This document shows positions 18,415-26,434 of a stretch of 64,000 bases of DNA, one piece after another. A program made the translations under genes and the position numbers. This DNA comes from a virus: positions 1 through 64,000 of IMG/VR virus record IMGVR_UViG_3300031774_000005; one strand, given 5' to 3'. Under the pieces are notes generated by a model, which was given only the letters and a program-made list of their open reading frames with translations, did no database searches and was not told the origin of the DNA. The number at the start of each line of letters is the position of its first letter. The stretch's first letter is position 1.

Positions 18415-18975
18415 ATGTGGTTTAATATCTTAAAAAGACAAACTAAATTATACAATTATGACCCAGATTTTTTAAATCCTTATGGCGAAGTGTCTCACTT
18501 TCATGGAAGCAGGGCATCAAAAGAAAAATTATTAGAAGAAGGATTAAAACCTCAAGGAAAATATATTAGTCATCCTAAAGGATATACAAAAGAACATTAT
18601 AGAGATTTAGTTAAACCCGATAATAAAAATAAAAAATCATTGATATGGGCGGCAGGAAAAGAACAAGGACTTCCCTTAGAATACGGAGAATCTAAAGAAA
18701 ATGTCAAAGAAACAAAAGTTGATTATAATTCTTTATTTGATGAAAGGGGAATGCTATTACCAAATCCTAAAATTCTTGAATCTAACAAAACTATAAGGAC
18801 AGAAGGAAATATAGTAGGCATTAGAGGAAAGGATATTGATTGGAACAGAAGCGAGTCACCTATTTACAAAATAGGAACAAAATGGTATATCCATAATAAA
18901 CCAATTGACCCAGATAGATTAGTATTTCTAACAATAGAACAATGGAAAAAATATTTAAACAAGAAAGGCGATTAA
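18415..18975 (+). CDS. WFNILK-tagged ADP-ribosyltransferase-fold protein
   Basis: FHGS..LLEEGLKP, LIWAA, WYIHNKPIDPDRL resemble Tpt1/PARP-like ART motifs. Confidence 0.55.
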   Translation: MWFNILKRQTKLYNYDPDFLNPYGEVSHFHGSRASKEKLLEEGLKPQGKYISHPKGYTKEHYRDLVKPDNKNKKSLIWAAGKEQGLPLEYGESKENVKETKVDYNSLFDERGMLLPNPKILESNKTIRTEGNIVGIRGKDIDWNRSESPIYKIGTKWYIHNKPIDPDRLVFLTIEQWKKYLNKKGD

Positions 18976-18976
18976 A

Positions 18977-19639
18977 ATGTATAACAACCAATTAATAGGA
19001 CAAACCGCACCGCAACAATTTAACCCTGCACTAAATCCCTTACAACAAGCAAGGGCAAGTGGGGTTGTTCAAGAATATAAGTTTATAACTTTTAAACCAA
19101 AGAAGCAACAAAAGGAACTTATTAATGTTTTAAAAGCAGAACCTAAAAAATTTATAGGAATTAAATATGGTAAAAAATTTAATTTAAAAGATAGGTGCGT
19201 TGTTTGCGGGTATCATCATATTTGGGAACAAGGAGATTATATGCGACCACCTATTCCTTTAGATGGAGTAATTAAAGGAAGACCACTAAGAGGAACATAT
19301 TGCCCTAAACACGCATCACATTATATGCAGTTAGAAATGCTACAACAACAGATACTTGCAGATAAACACGGATTAGATTTTAAAGCGTTTAAACCTAAGA
19401 TGCCAAAGATACTAAAAAGTGGCCCAATCAAAAGTTTAACAAGAGAAGATGTTTTGTCATTAACTAACGCAGGTTGGTTTATAACCCCGCCCGCTTTAGC
19501 AGATAACAAGACGGCTACTGATGAAGTAATACGATTAATCACAGAAATAAATATAATGACAGACAGAATGAATCATTTGATGTTAAAATACGAAATTAAG
19601 GCAACTAACGAAGAACCAATAGAAAATAAGGAGGACTAA
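18977..19639 (+). CDS. Zn-finger protein with Q/P-rich N-terminus
   Basis: CVVC...YCPKH; C-terminal coiled coil. Confidence 0.7.
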   Translation: MYNNQLIGQTAPQQFNPALNPLQQARASGVVQEYKFITFKPKKQQKELINVLKAEPKKFIGIKYGKKFNLKDRCVVCGYHHIWEQGDYMRPPIPLDGVIKGRPLRGTYCPKHASHYMQLEMLQQQILADKHGLDFKAFKPKMPKILKSGPIKSLTREDVLSLTNAGWFITPPALADNKTATDEVIRLITEINIMTDRMNHLMLKYEIKATNEEPIENKED

Positions 19640-19641
19640 TT

Positions 19642-20295
19642 ATGGGAATATTAGGAACAAGTAATGGAACAGTGATGAACGCAGTTCAAGCAACAAGCGA
19701 CCAACAATTTAAGAATGTAAATAATTTACTTTCTTTACAAGATAATCATGTTGAGGAATTTTTTCAATATCATGGTGAACAATTTTTATCGGCTCTTGAA
19801 AAACTAATGGAAGATGTAGTTCAACGAGTTGTTTCTCAAATGCTTAGTAAATTAGCATTTACATCTAACGGTGCTTCTATAACAATTAATGCTGATGCTA
19901 TGAGAGAATTTGAAAAAATTACTCAAGAGAATATTGATTTGGATATTCAAAAGTTGCTAAATTCAGCAATTAATACAGAAGTAGTTAATCAAAGAAAATT
20001 AGCCAAACAACAATATTTAGAATCTCAAGGATTTAGTGGCGGTGGACAAATGCAACAACCAAGCGCAGGTATGGCAGTAGCGGGATTAACAGGTAATACT
20101 CAACAATATCAACAAATGCAAGGTGCTATGAATAATGGAACAGGCTATCCTATTCCTCCTAATGGAACAGACGGATATGGTAGGCCATATTGGATTGATG
20201 CTCAAGGACAAATGAGTTATGAACCCCCACAAAGCGGTTTAGGATTAGGTTCAGCAATACAAAAAGGTGCGGCTTGGGCTAAATGGCTAATGTGA
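19642..20295 (+). CDS. Q/G/P-rich protein with amphipathic C-terminus
   Basis: Helical N-half, low-complexity Q/G region, ends GSAIQKGAAWAKWLM. Confidence 0.7.
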   Translation: MGILGTSNGTVMNAVQATSDQQFKNVNNLLSLQDNHVEEFFQYHGEQFLSALEKLMEDVVQRVVSQMLSKLAFTSNGASITINADAMREFEKITQENIDLDIQKLLNSAINTEVVNQRKLAKQQYLESQGFSGGGQMQQPSAGMAVAGLTGNTQQYQQMQGAMNNGTGYPIPPNGTDGYGRPYWIDAQGQMSYEPPQSGLGLGSAIQKGAAWAKWLM

Positions 20296-20308
20296 GGGGG
20301 AAATAAAT

Positions 20309-22018
20309 ATGGTCGCTTTTAGATGGGGTAATCAAAACTTATCCTTACCAAATTCCGCTAACTTTCTTAAGACGGAAATGAATGATTTTCTTAGCACAGG
20401 GGATAGAAGTTTTGTGGTTAAATTTAAGCGAGCAAAAGAAAGTGTTCAAGGTAGCAATTTAAATGAACAAGAGTTTATGGGTGAATTTAAAAAAATTTAT
20501 GAGGAAGTTTTACAACAACCTCTAAAACCACTTTTAGAAAATAAAGATGGTTGGAAACAATTTTCAAATATAAAGTCAGGTAAAAAGGGAACAATAACTA
20601 ATCAAGCCAATATTGATTTTATTGACGACCAAAAAATAGAAAATCTTACTGATGCTAAAGTATTAACAAGATTAAAAGGTGCAGGTGCGCTTGAATTTGC
20701 TAAAGAAGGTAAAGTTGAATTACCACCATTTCCTTTTGAAGAAGCATTTCCTAAGAGTGAGTTCACGCTTGGATATGGTCGGGATTTAGAAAAATTTATT
20801 GATGATGATGTTAGATTAAGAGTTAATTCACAAGGCGACGGTTGGAATTTAGCATACAAAAAAGAAAATGCAAGATTAGATGCACATATGCAAATAATTT
20901 TTCCTCCTATTGATGAAGGAAAAATAATGGCAGAAAAAGCCGATTATATTCTTGAAACAACAGGACAAAACGCTACTTTTAAATCGAAATCATCGCAGTT
21001 AAAGGTAGGAACTGAAATTATAGAGCATTCTTTTGATTTAACGGAAAAAGACCTAAAAAAGATAGGGGCTTTGTTTAAAGGAACACAATTAACACCAATG
21101 AAATTAGTTGATGATAAATTTGAAGTTGATGGGGAAAGACAACCAATTACTACCAAAATAGGTGGTGAAGGTTTAGAAAGTGAATTGGCTTTCTTAACTG
21201 CATTGAGCGATTTAGAAAGGACTCAAGAAATGTTAGATGAAGATATTGTTGTGTTAGGTGAACAATACTATTACTATAAGCAACCAAGCGGAACATTGGA
21301 TAATATAAATTTAGATTTACTTGATGAAGCAAAAGAATTTGTATTCGCAAATCAAGAACTACTCTTAAGAATATTAAAGCCGTATCTTGATGAACCAACG
21401 GCAGTATATACAGGAAAAATACTTGCTAACATTAAAACAAAACAAAAGCCTAAAGATACTTTTAGAGCCACCGCATTATCAACACAAACAAAAGACGCAA
21501 AATACTCAAAAACAAGATATGCTGAAAATAAAGAAAATCCGGAAGAAAGAATAACACCGGAAAAATACAAAGCCCTTCCTATTGAAGAAAGAAAAAAATA
21601 CAAATTAGTTTCTAAACCATTAACAGACGAAGAAATAATGGAATTAACAGAACAGGCATTTAAGCATAAAGAAACCGGAGAAACTATTTCCGAATTAGGC
21701 TATCAAGCACTATCTAATGAAGATAAAAAGAATTACAAGACTAATCTTCAAGTTCTTGAAACAAAAGAAGGAGTTTCGGGGGCTAATATAAGAGGCATGG
21801 AAACTTACGGTGGCCAAGAATACAAATATGATTCAATTAATTCACACAACGCAGAAGAATTGTTTGCGAATGCCTTTGTTGAATGTCAAATATATGTAAT
21901 CAACAATGGTGAATATAATTTGAATCCATTTAGAAGAGGGGCAGGTAATAGGGCTTTGTCTAAAGAAATTAACAAACTAAAAAGAAATGTTAGAAGATTA
22001 AAGAAAATATTTGGGTGA
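20309..22018 (+). CDS. Hypothetical protein with a short internal repeat
   Basis: 569 aa; ENKENPEERITPEKYKALPIEERKKY vs KHKETGETISELGYQALSNEDKKNY. Confidence 0.7.
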   Translation: MVAFRWGNQNLSLPNSANFLKTEMNDFLSTGDRSFVVKFKRAKESVQGSNLNEQEFMGEFKKIYEEVLQQPLKPLLENKDGWKQFSNIKSGKKGTITNQANIDFIDDQKIENLTDAKVLTRLKGAGALEFAKEGKVELPPFPFEEAFPKSEFTLGYGRDLEKFIDDDVRLRVNSQGDGWNLAYKKENARLDAHMQIIFPPIDEGKIMAEKADYILETTGQNATFKSKSSQLKVGTEIIEHSFDLTEKDLKKIGALFKGTQLTPMKLVDDKFEVDGERQPITTKIGGEGLESELAFLTALSDLERTQEMLDEDIVVLGEQYYYYKQPSGTLDNINLDLLDEAKEFVFANQELLLRILKPYLDEPTAVYTGKILANIKTKQKPKDTFRATALSTQTKDAKYSKTRYAENKENPEERITPEKYKALPIEERKKYKLVSKPLTDEEIMELTEQAFKHKETGETISELGYQALSNEDKKNYKTNLQVLETKEGVSGANIRGMETYGGQEYKYDSINSHNAEELFANAFVECQIYVINNGEYNLNPFRRGAGNRALSKEINKLKRNVRRLKKIFG

Positions 22019-22023
22019 TAACG

Positions 22024-23328
22024 ATGGGAACAACCATATCGCCAAGCGACTTTACTGAAATAAACCCTGACTATTCACAAGGCAGGGGATTTTATACTAA
22101 TGCAACAGAAGTCGCTAACCTATTACAAATACCTGCTTTTACAAATAGCACTTATCCAACAGTTGCTCAAGTTGGAAATATAATAAAAAGAGTTGAAGGA
22201 ATTATTGATGATAAAGTCAAGCGTTCCTTTAGACCAATTATTACTAAAGATGAATACCATAACTTTGAATTTTCAAGAAGGCCACATAAAACATATTTTG
22301 GTGGCCATGTTGGATTTGTTCAACTAAAACAAATGAAAGTTAGAAAAATAGTTTCCTTGTTAGTTTGGCAAGGAGGTTCATATGAAGAGTTAGCATCAGC
22401 GCAAGCAAAAATACATTTTCTTGAAAATTTTAGAGATTTAAATTCAATCATATTACAACTACCTAATAGCGGTGTATCTTTTGAGTTGTTATCGGAGAAT
22501 GACATAACTGATTTAGCAAATAGTGAATTTTGTAATACATTTGGATTAAAAACCACTAATGATGAGATTACTGCACTAATCAATGAATCTTTCCCTTCTG
22601 CTACATCTTCTTTTACCGGAGCAACTGCGCCAAAGGCTCTAACCTCTTCTAATCTATCCATTTCCGACTTTTTCTATGCCTCAAAAGATAAGAATAATGG
22701 CAAGCAACTTCTCATTTCCTCCCTACTTTCCGGTGATGATGGGGCAGATTGTGTATTAAAAGCAACCATAAAACAATCATGCACTACTGCTAACTCATCA
22801 ACTGCTCTTACTGTTGCGGATTCATCTAAATTAGGTGTTGGTATGACTGTTAGCGGAACAGGCATTACAGGAACAATTACTATTGCTTCAATTACAGATG
22901 GAACGCATGTTGTATTAAGTGCGCCAGCATCAGCAAGCGGAACAAATGTTCTTACTTTTACTGCAACAGATACAATACCAACAGTTTGTAATCTTGTTGA
23001 TTTTACAGACAAAGAAGATTTGAATAGGCTTGGTTCTTTTTGGACAATTGGTGAAGAAGGCCGAATATTCTTTTTCAACGATTACCCATTCCATGCTAAT
23101 AATTCTGTAATAGTTTCTTATGTTGCAGGTGATGGTAGAGTTCCTTCTGCTATACATGAAGCCGCTACAAAATTAGTTTCGGCTGAAATAATAAGGCACG
23201 ACGACCAAAGCATATTAATTGCAGAAACAGGAGCAAATATTTCTACTAAAGAAAAGTATGATATACTCCGAAAAGAGGGAATGGATATTCTAAAGGGTAA
23301 AGGCGACCTTGTATATTTCTTGGATTGA
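22024..23328 (+). CDS. Head-tail adaptor (neck) protein with inserted beta domain
   Basis: YTNATEVANLL N-terminus and VSYVAG..VPSAIHEAATKLV C-terminus typical of gp15/gp6-like adaptors; position before tail genes. Confidence 0.65.
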   Translation: MGTTISPSDFTEINPDYSQGRGFYTNATEVANLLQIPAFTNSTYPTVAQVGNIIKRVEGIIDDKVKRSFRPIITKDEYHNFEFSRRPHKTYFGGHVGFVQLKQMKVRKIVSLLVWQGGSYEELASAQAKIHFLENFRDLNSIILQLPNSGVSFELLSENDITDLANSEFCNTFGLKTTNDEITALINESFPSATSSFTGATAPKALTSSNLSISDFFYASKDKNNGKQLLISSLLSGDDGADCVLKATIKQSCTTANSSTALTVADSSKLGVGMTVSGTGITGTITIASITDGTHVVLSAPASASGTNVLTFTATDTIPTVCNLVDFTDKEDLNRLGSFWTIGEEGRIFFFNDYPFHANNSVIVSYVAGDGRVPSAIHEAATKLVSAEIIRHDDQSILIAETGANISTKEKYDILRKEGMDILKGKGDLVYFLD

Positions 23329-23333
23329 TTAAC

Positions 23334-23549
23334 ATGGCAGTTGAAATAAATGTTAAAAAACTCCATGAGTTATATGAAATAGAAAAGGAAAGACAACTTG
23401 CTATGAAAGAATTGTCCGAACAATTAGGTTATGATATTTCATTCAGCGATAATGAAGTAATGCAAAACGCCATACAGTCATATAATAAATATATTAACAA
23501 AACAATAGAACAGGAGGTATTATCATTGATGAAGTCTCTCTTCTTATAG
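23334..23549 (+). CDS. Hypothetical protein
   Basis: 71-aa ORF in the neck region. Confidence 0.6.
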   Translation: MAVEINVKKLHELYEIEKERQLAMKELSEQLGYDISFSDNEVMQNAIQSYNKYINKTIEQEVLSLMKSLFL

Positions 23550-24040
23550 ACCTATTATCAACTCAATGGTCGTCTAATGCTACGGCGTTAGTAAGTGCAG
23601 GAACAATTGGTGTTTCTCATGCTATTACTCCGGATTTTATTGATATTAGAACAATGTCGGCTAATAAAGGAGTTAGAGTTGATTTAAGCAGAACTCCTGC
23701 AACAATTGTTGTGTTTGAAGATTCACAAAATATTGAATATCCAACTGTGACTTATGATATTAGAAATGAATCATATACATTTACTTTACATATTAGAGTT
23801 TTACATGATGAAAGAGCAGGATTAGATGCTTCTTATGGCAAAGATAGGCTAAGGGCTATATACTTGATACTTCGTAGAGTGCTTGAAAGCAAGAGGCACG
23901 GTTATACTTCAAGTGACGGTTCTAAATTTCAACAATTATTTTTAGGTGCAAGAAGTGAAAGTAATGACCGAGCAAAACGGCTTTTCGGATATAAGATTAC
24001 ATTAGAAGCAAAAAGATATGCATTAAACATTCCCTCGTAA
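23525..24040 (+). CDS. Putative tail terminator/completion protein (probable ATT start)
   Basis: AGGAGGT RBS 6 nt upstream of in-frame ATT; frame open to ATG 23654; directly before the tail tube gene. Confidence 0.6.
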   Translation: MDEVSLLIDLLSTQWSSNATALVSAGTIGVSHAITPDFIDIRTMSANKGVRVDLSRTPATIVVFEDSQNIEYPTVTYDIRNESYTFTLHIRVLHDERAGLDASYGKDRLRAIYLILRRVLESKRHGYTSSDGSKFQQLFLGARSESNDRAKRLFGYKITLEAKRYALNIPS

Positions 24041-24066
24041 GTTAGTAAGGAAAGGGGAGCGATAAT

Positions 24067-25671
24067 ATGGTAAATAACGAAATTTTTTTAGGAAGCGGCT
24101 CAAGCACAACACTCATACCCGAACAGGATATTTATATTCCTCTTGACGGAACGGGTGGTGGAGTATCAACAGTCACAGTCACACCGGATAATGCTTTTGA
24201 TGCGGTTTTTAAATTTGTTCCTAATATTTACATTGGTTGTAATATTGATATTTATACTGCCGCTAATGCTCTAATTTCAAGCCATACTGTTGCTTCAAAT
24301 GCAGTAGATACCATTACTCTCTCAAGTAATGTTGGTTCGGGAACTCCTGCTTATGCACTATTAAGAGCATATGGTTCTCCTTCACCACACCCCGAAGTTG
24401 GCGGCAGACAATGTTTATTGGCTGATAATTACTTAGGATTGATGGAATCAGTCACATTTCCTAATTTAAGCCAAGAATTGAAACAAATGAATCTTGGTCT
24501 TGGTGGAACAAGAAACTTTACTTTCCAATACAAAGGAATTAGAACTGCTGATAATGGCTCTCTTGCTTTAGTCGCAAATACAGGTGCTTGGCTTTATTAC
24601 GCTTTTGGGGCTATGGATGCTATTACTTTTACCAGAAAAACACATCTAACAGTCACTTATCCTGCCGATACTGCGCCTCCAACCGGAACTGCTGATGCCA
24701 TTTATATTGAAGGAACAAATGTTGGAAATGACGGAACTGCAATAGTCACGGAAACAGGCCCACACTTTTATAGAACAGTAAAAGGCGGAACAACTCTTGT
24801 TCCTCCTGTTGATTTTACAGTTTTTCCTACATCAAATGCAAATAATCAAACCGTAGATTTTGATACAGATGGAAGGCCGAAAAACATTACTTATACAATT
24901 AAAGAACTTAATAGCGACCAATTGCCTTCATTTAGCCTTGAACAATCAATGGCTAAAGACCCTGCAAGTTTGACTACAAACGCAAATATTGGTGCAAGTC
25001 CAAACCCTCTTGATGAATCTAATAACTTTGTTAGAATCGCAAGAGGTTGCCGTGTTAATTCATTAACTATTGAAGCATCCGAAGGTGAAGAATTAAAAAT
25101 GAATATGGATATTAATGCAAGAGTAGTTGATAGTATTAGTGATTTATATGCTTCTGCCTCTTTACAAACAGATTATGTTTCAAGAGCAGGTCAAACAGAT
25201 AATGCTAATTTGTTTAACTTTAATGCAGGAACAAACCATGCTTCACCATTCTTTTTCTCTCAAGGAACATTTAGCGCATTTGGCCAACAATTTTTGAAAG
25301 TTAATTCAGTAAGTATTGCTATCAATAACAACTTGATGGATAAAAGATACATGGGCGGTCATAGAGATATGAAAGAGGGTATTCCTGCACAACGCTCATA
25401 TGAAATTACTTTTGAAGCAGTTGTGACTGACGATTTACTATTCAAAGAAATGCTTAATGAAACAGAAAACACAAGTGCAAATCGTGTGAGTTTTACTTTC
25501 ACAAAGCCCGATACAAGCGAAAGTATAAATTTAGTATTCAAAGATTATTTCCTTGACACAACAGAAATTACTATTCCTGACGATAAAGGGCCAATTAGTT
25601 TTAGCGCAACAATTAAGCCAAGAAATCTACATTCTTGTTCGATTATAACTGATTATGTCCTCATGGGGTGA
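24067..25671 (+). CDS. Major tail tube protein
   Basis: 534 aa; LPSFSLE, GCRVNSLTIEA, INNNL, QRSYEITF tube-like motifs; precedes chaperones and tape measure. Confidence 0.7.
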   Translation: MVNNEIFLGSGSSTTLIPEQDIYIPLDGTGGGVSTVTVTPDNAFDAVFKFVPNIYIGCNIDIYTAANALISSHTVASNAVDTITLSSNVGSGTPAYALLRAYGSPSPHPEVGGRQCLLADNYLGLMESVTFPNLSQELKQMNLGLGGTRNFTFQYKGIRTADNGSLALVANTGAWLYYAFGAMDAITFTRKTHLTVTYPADTAPPTGTADAIYIEGTNVGNDGTAIVTETGPHFYRTVKGGTTLVPPVDFTVFPTSNANNQTVDFDTDGRPKNITYTIKELNSDQLPSFSLEQSMAKDPASLTTNANIGASPNPLDESNNFVRIARGCRVNSLTIEASEGEELKMNMDINARVVDSISDLYASASLQTDYVSRAGQTDNANLFNFNAGTNHASPFFFSQGTFSAFGQQFLKVNSVSIAINNNLMDKRYMGGHRDMKEGIPAQRSYEITFEAVVTDDLLFKEMLNETENTSANRVSFTFTKPDTSESINLVFKDYFLDTTEITIPDDKGPISFSATIKPRNLHSCSIITDYVLMG

Positions 25672-25676
25672 TTATA

Positions 25677-25805
25677 ATGAGTTATACGAAAAACGAAAAA
25701 AGAGCATTAATGCTAAAAAAGAAGTTAGAGGCTGAATCAGCAAAAAAGAAGAAACCAAAGAAATCAAAGGCTATGGAAGAGACTACTACTGAATCAGCAG
25801 AATAA
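25677..25805 (+). CDS. 42-aa lysine-rich microprotein (not in ORF track)
   Basis: GGGGTGA RBS; MSYTKNEKRALMLKKKLEAESAKKKKPKK... Confidence 0.5.
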   Translation: MSYTKNEKRALMLKKKLEAESAKKKKPKKSKAMEETTTESAE

Positions 25806-25854
25806 TATTCCACCAACACCGTTTGTTTGTTTGTTGGTATAAAAGGTGGAGAAT

Positions 25855-26226
25855 ATGTTAGATGATAAAAAAATTGTAAAAGATAAAAGTGTATTATTTA
25901 CACTTACAGAACCGACGCTACATTATGTTAAAGTAGCACCCGAAAATGATGAATACCTCAAGGTATGGGTAAAAGAACCCTCATGGCTTGAAGTAGATAA
26001 GGCAGTAAATAGCCTTATGAAAATAAATCCTAACACACAAAGCATGGATATTGATTTGAATGCCATGTTTAGATATATGGTTGAAAACTTTATAGCAAAG
26101 ACTGAACCACATCTTAGTGTCGTAGATATTCTCCGATTAACTCCTTATGTGGGTAGTCAATTAAAAGAAGTATTACCAAATCCTCTTGAATCAATGTCGG
26201 GGGATGACGAAAAAAACGAAGATTGA
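25855..26226 (+). CDS. Tail assembly chaperone (gpG-like)
   Basis: Between tail tube and tape measure; ends at a slippery site. Confidence 0.75.
   Translation: MLDDKKIVKDKSVLFTLTEPTLHYVKVAPENDEYLKVWVKEPSWLEVDKAVNSLMKINPNTQSMDIDLNAMFRYMVENFIAKTEPHLSVVDILRLTPYVGSQLKEVLPNPLESMSGDDEKNED
26211..26217 (+). other. -1 programmed frameshift heptamer A AAA AAC
   Basis: X XXY YYZ in phase with the chaperone ORF; the -1 frame reads into ORF 26223..26429. Confidence 0.8.
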
Positions 26227-26429
26227 AGCGGGTAATGAGGGGAGGTAAAGCCGAACCAAAAGACGCTTCATTAATCGTTGTATATACATTAGCGAAAGCA
26301 TTATCTATAAGCCCCCTTGAAATATATAAAATGCCAGCAGGGTTAGTGATGGATTTGTTAGCCGTTCACAGCGCAGTTAAGGAAATAGAATCTGAAGAAA
26401 TGGATAAGCAAATGAAAAAACATAAGTGA
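26223..26429 (+). CDS. Tail assembly chaperone extension (gpT-like)
   Basis: In the -1 frame relative to the upstream ORF; LSISPLEIYKMP motif. Confidence 0.7.
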   Translation: MKRVMRGGKAEPKDASLIVVYTLAKALSISPLEIYKMPAGLVMDLLAVHSAVKEIESEEMDKQMKKHK

Positions 26430-26434
26430 TTAAT

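Noticed and set aside
995-18435. WFxILK copies as a DNA repeat (att site or promoter)
   Set aside because: Synonymous positions differ and all copies are in frame, which fits selection on the peptide; a secondary role as recombination microhomology is not excluded
24067-25671. Contractile tail sheath
   Set aside because: No sheath motifs and no separate small tube gene or baseplate wedge genes; layout fits a non-contractile tail tube
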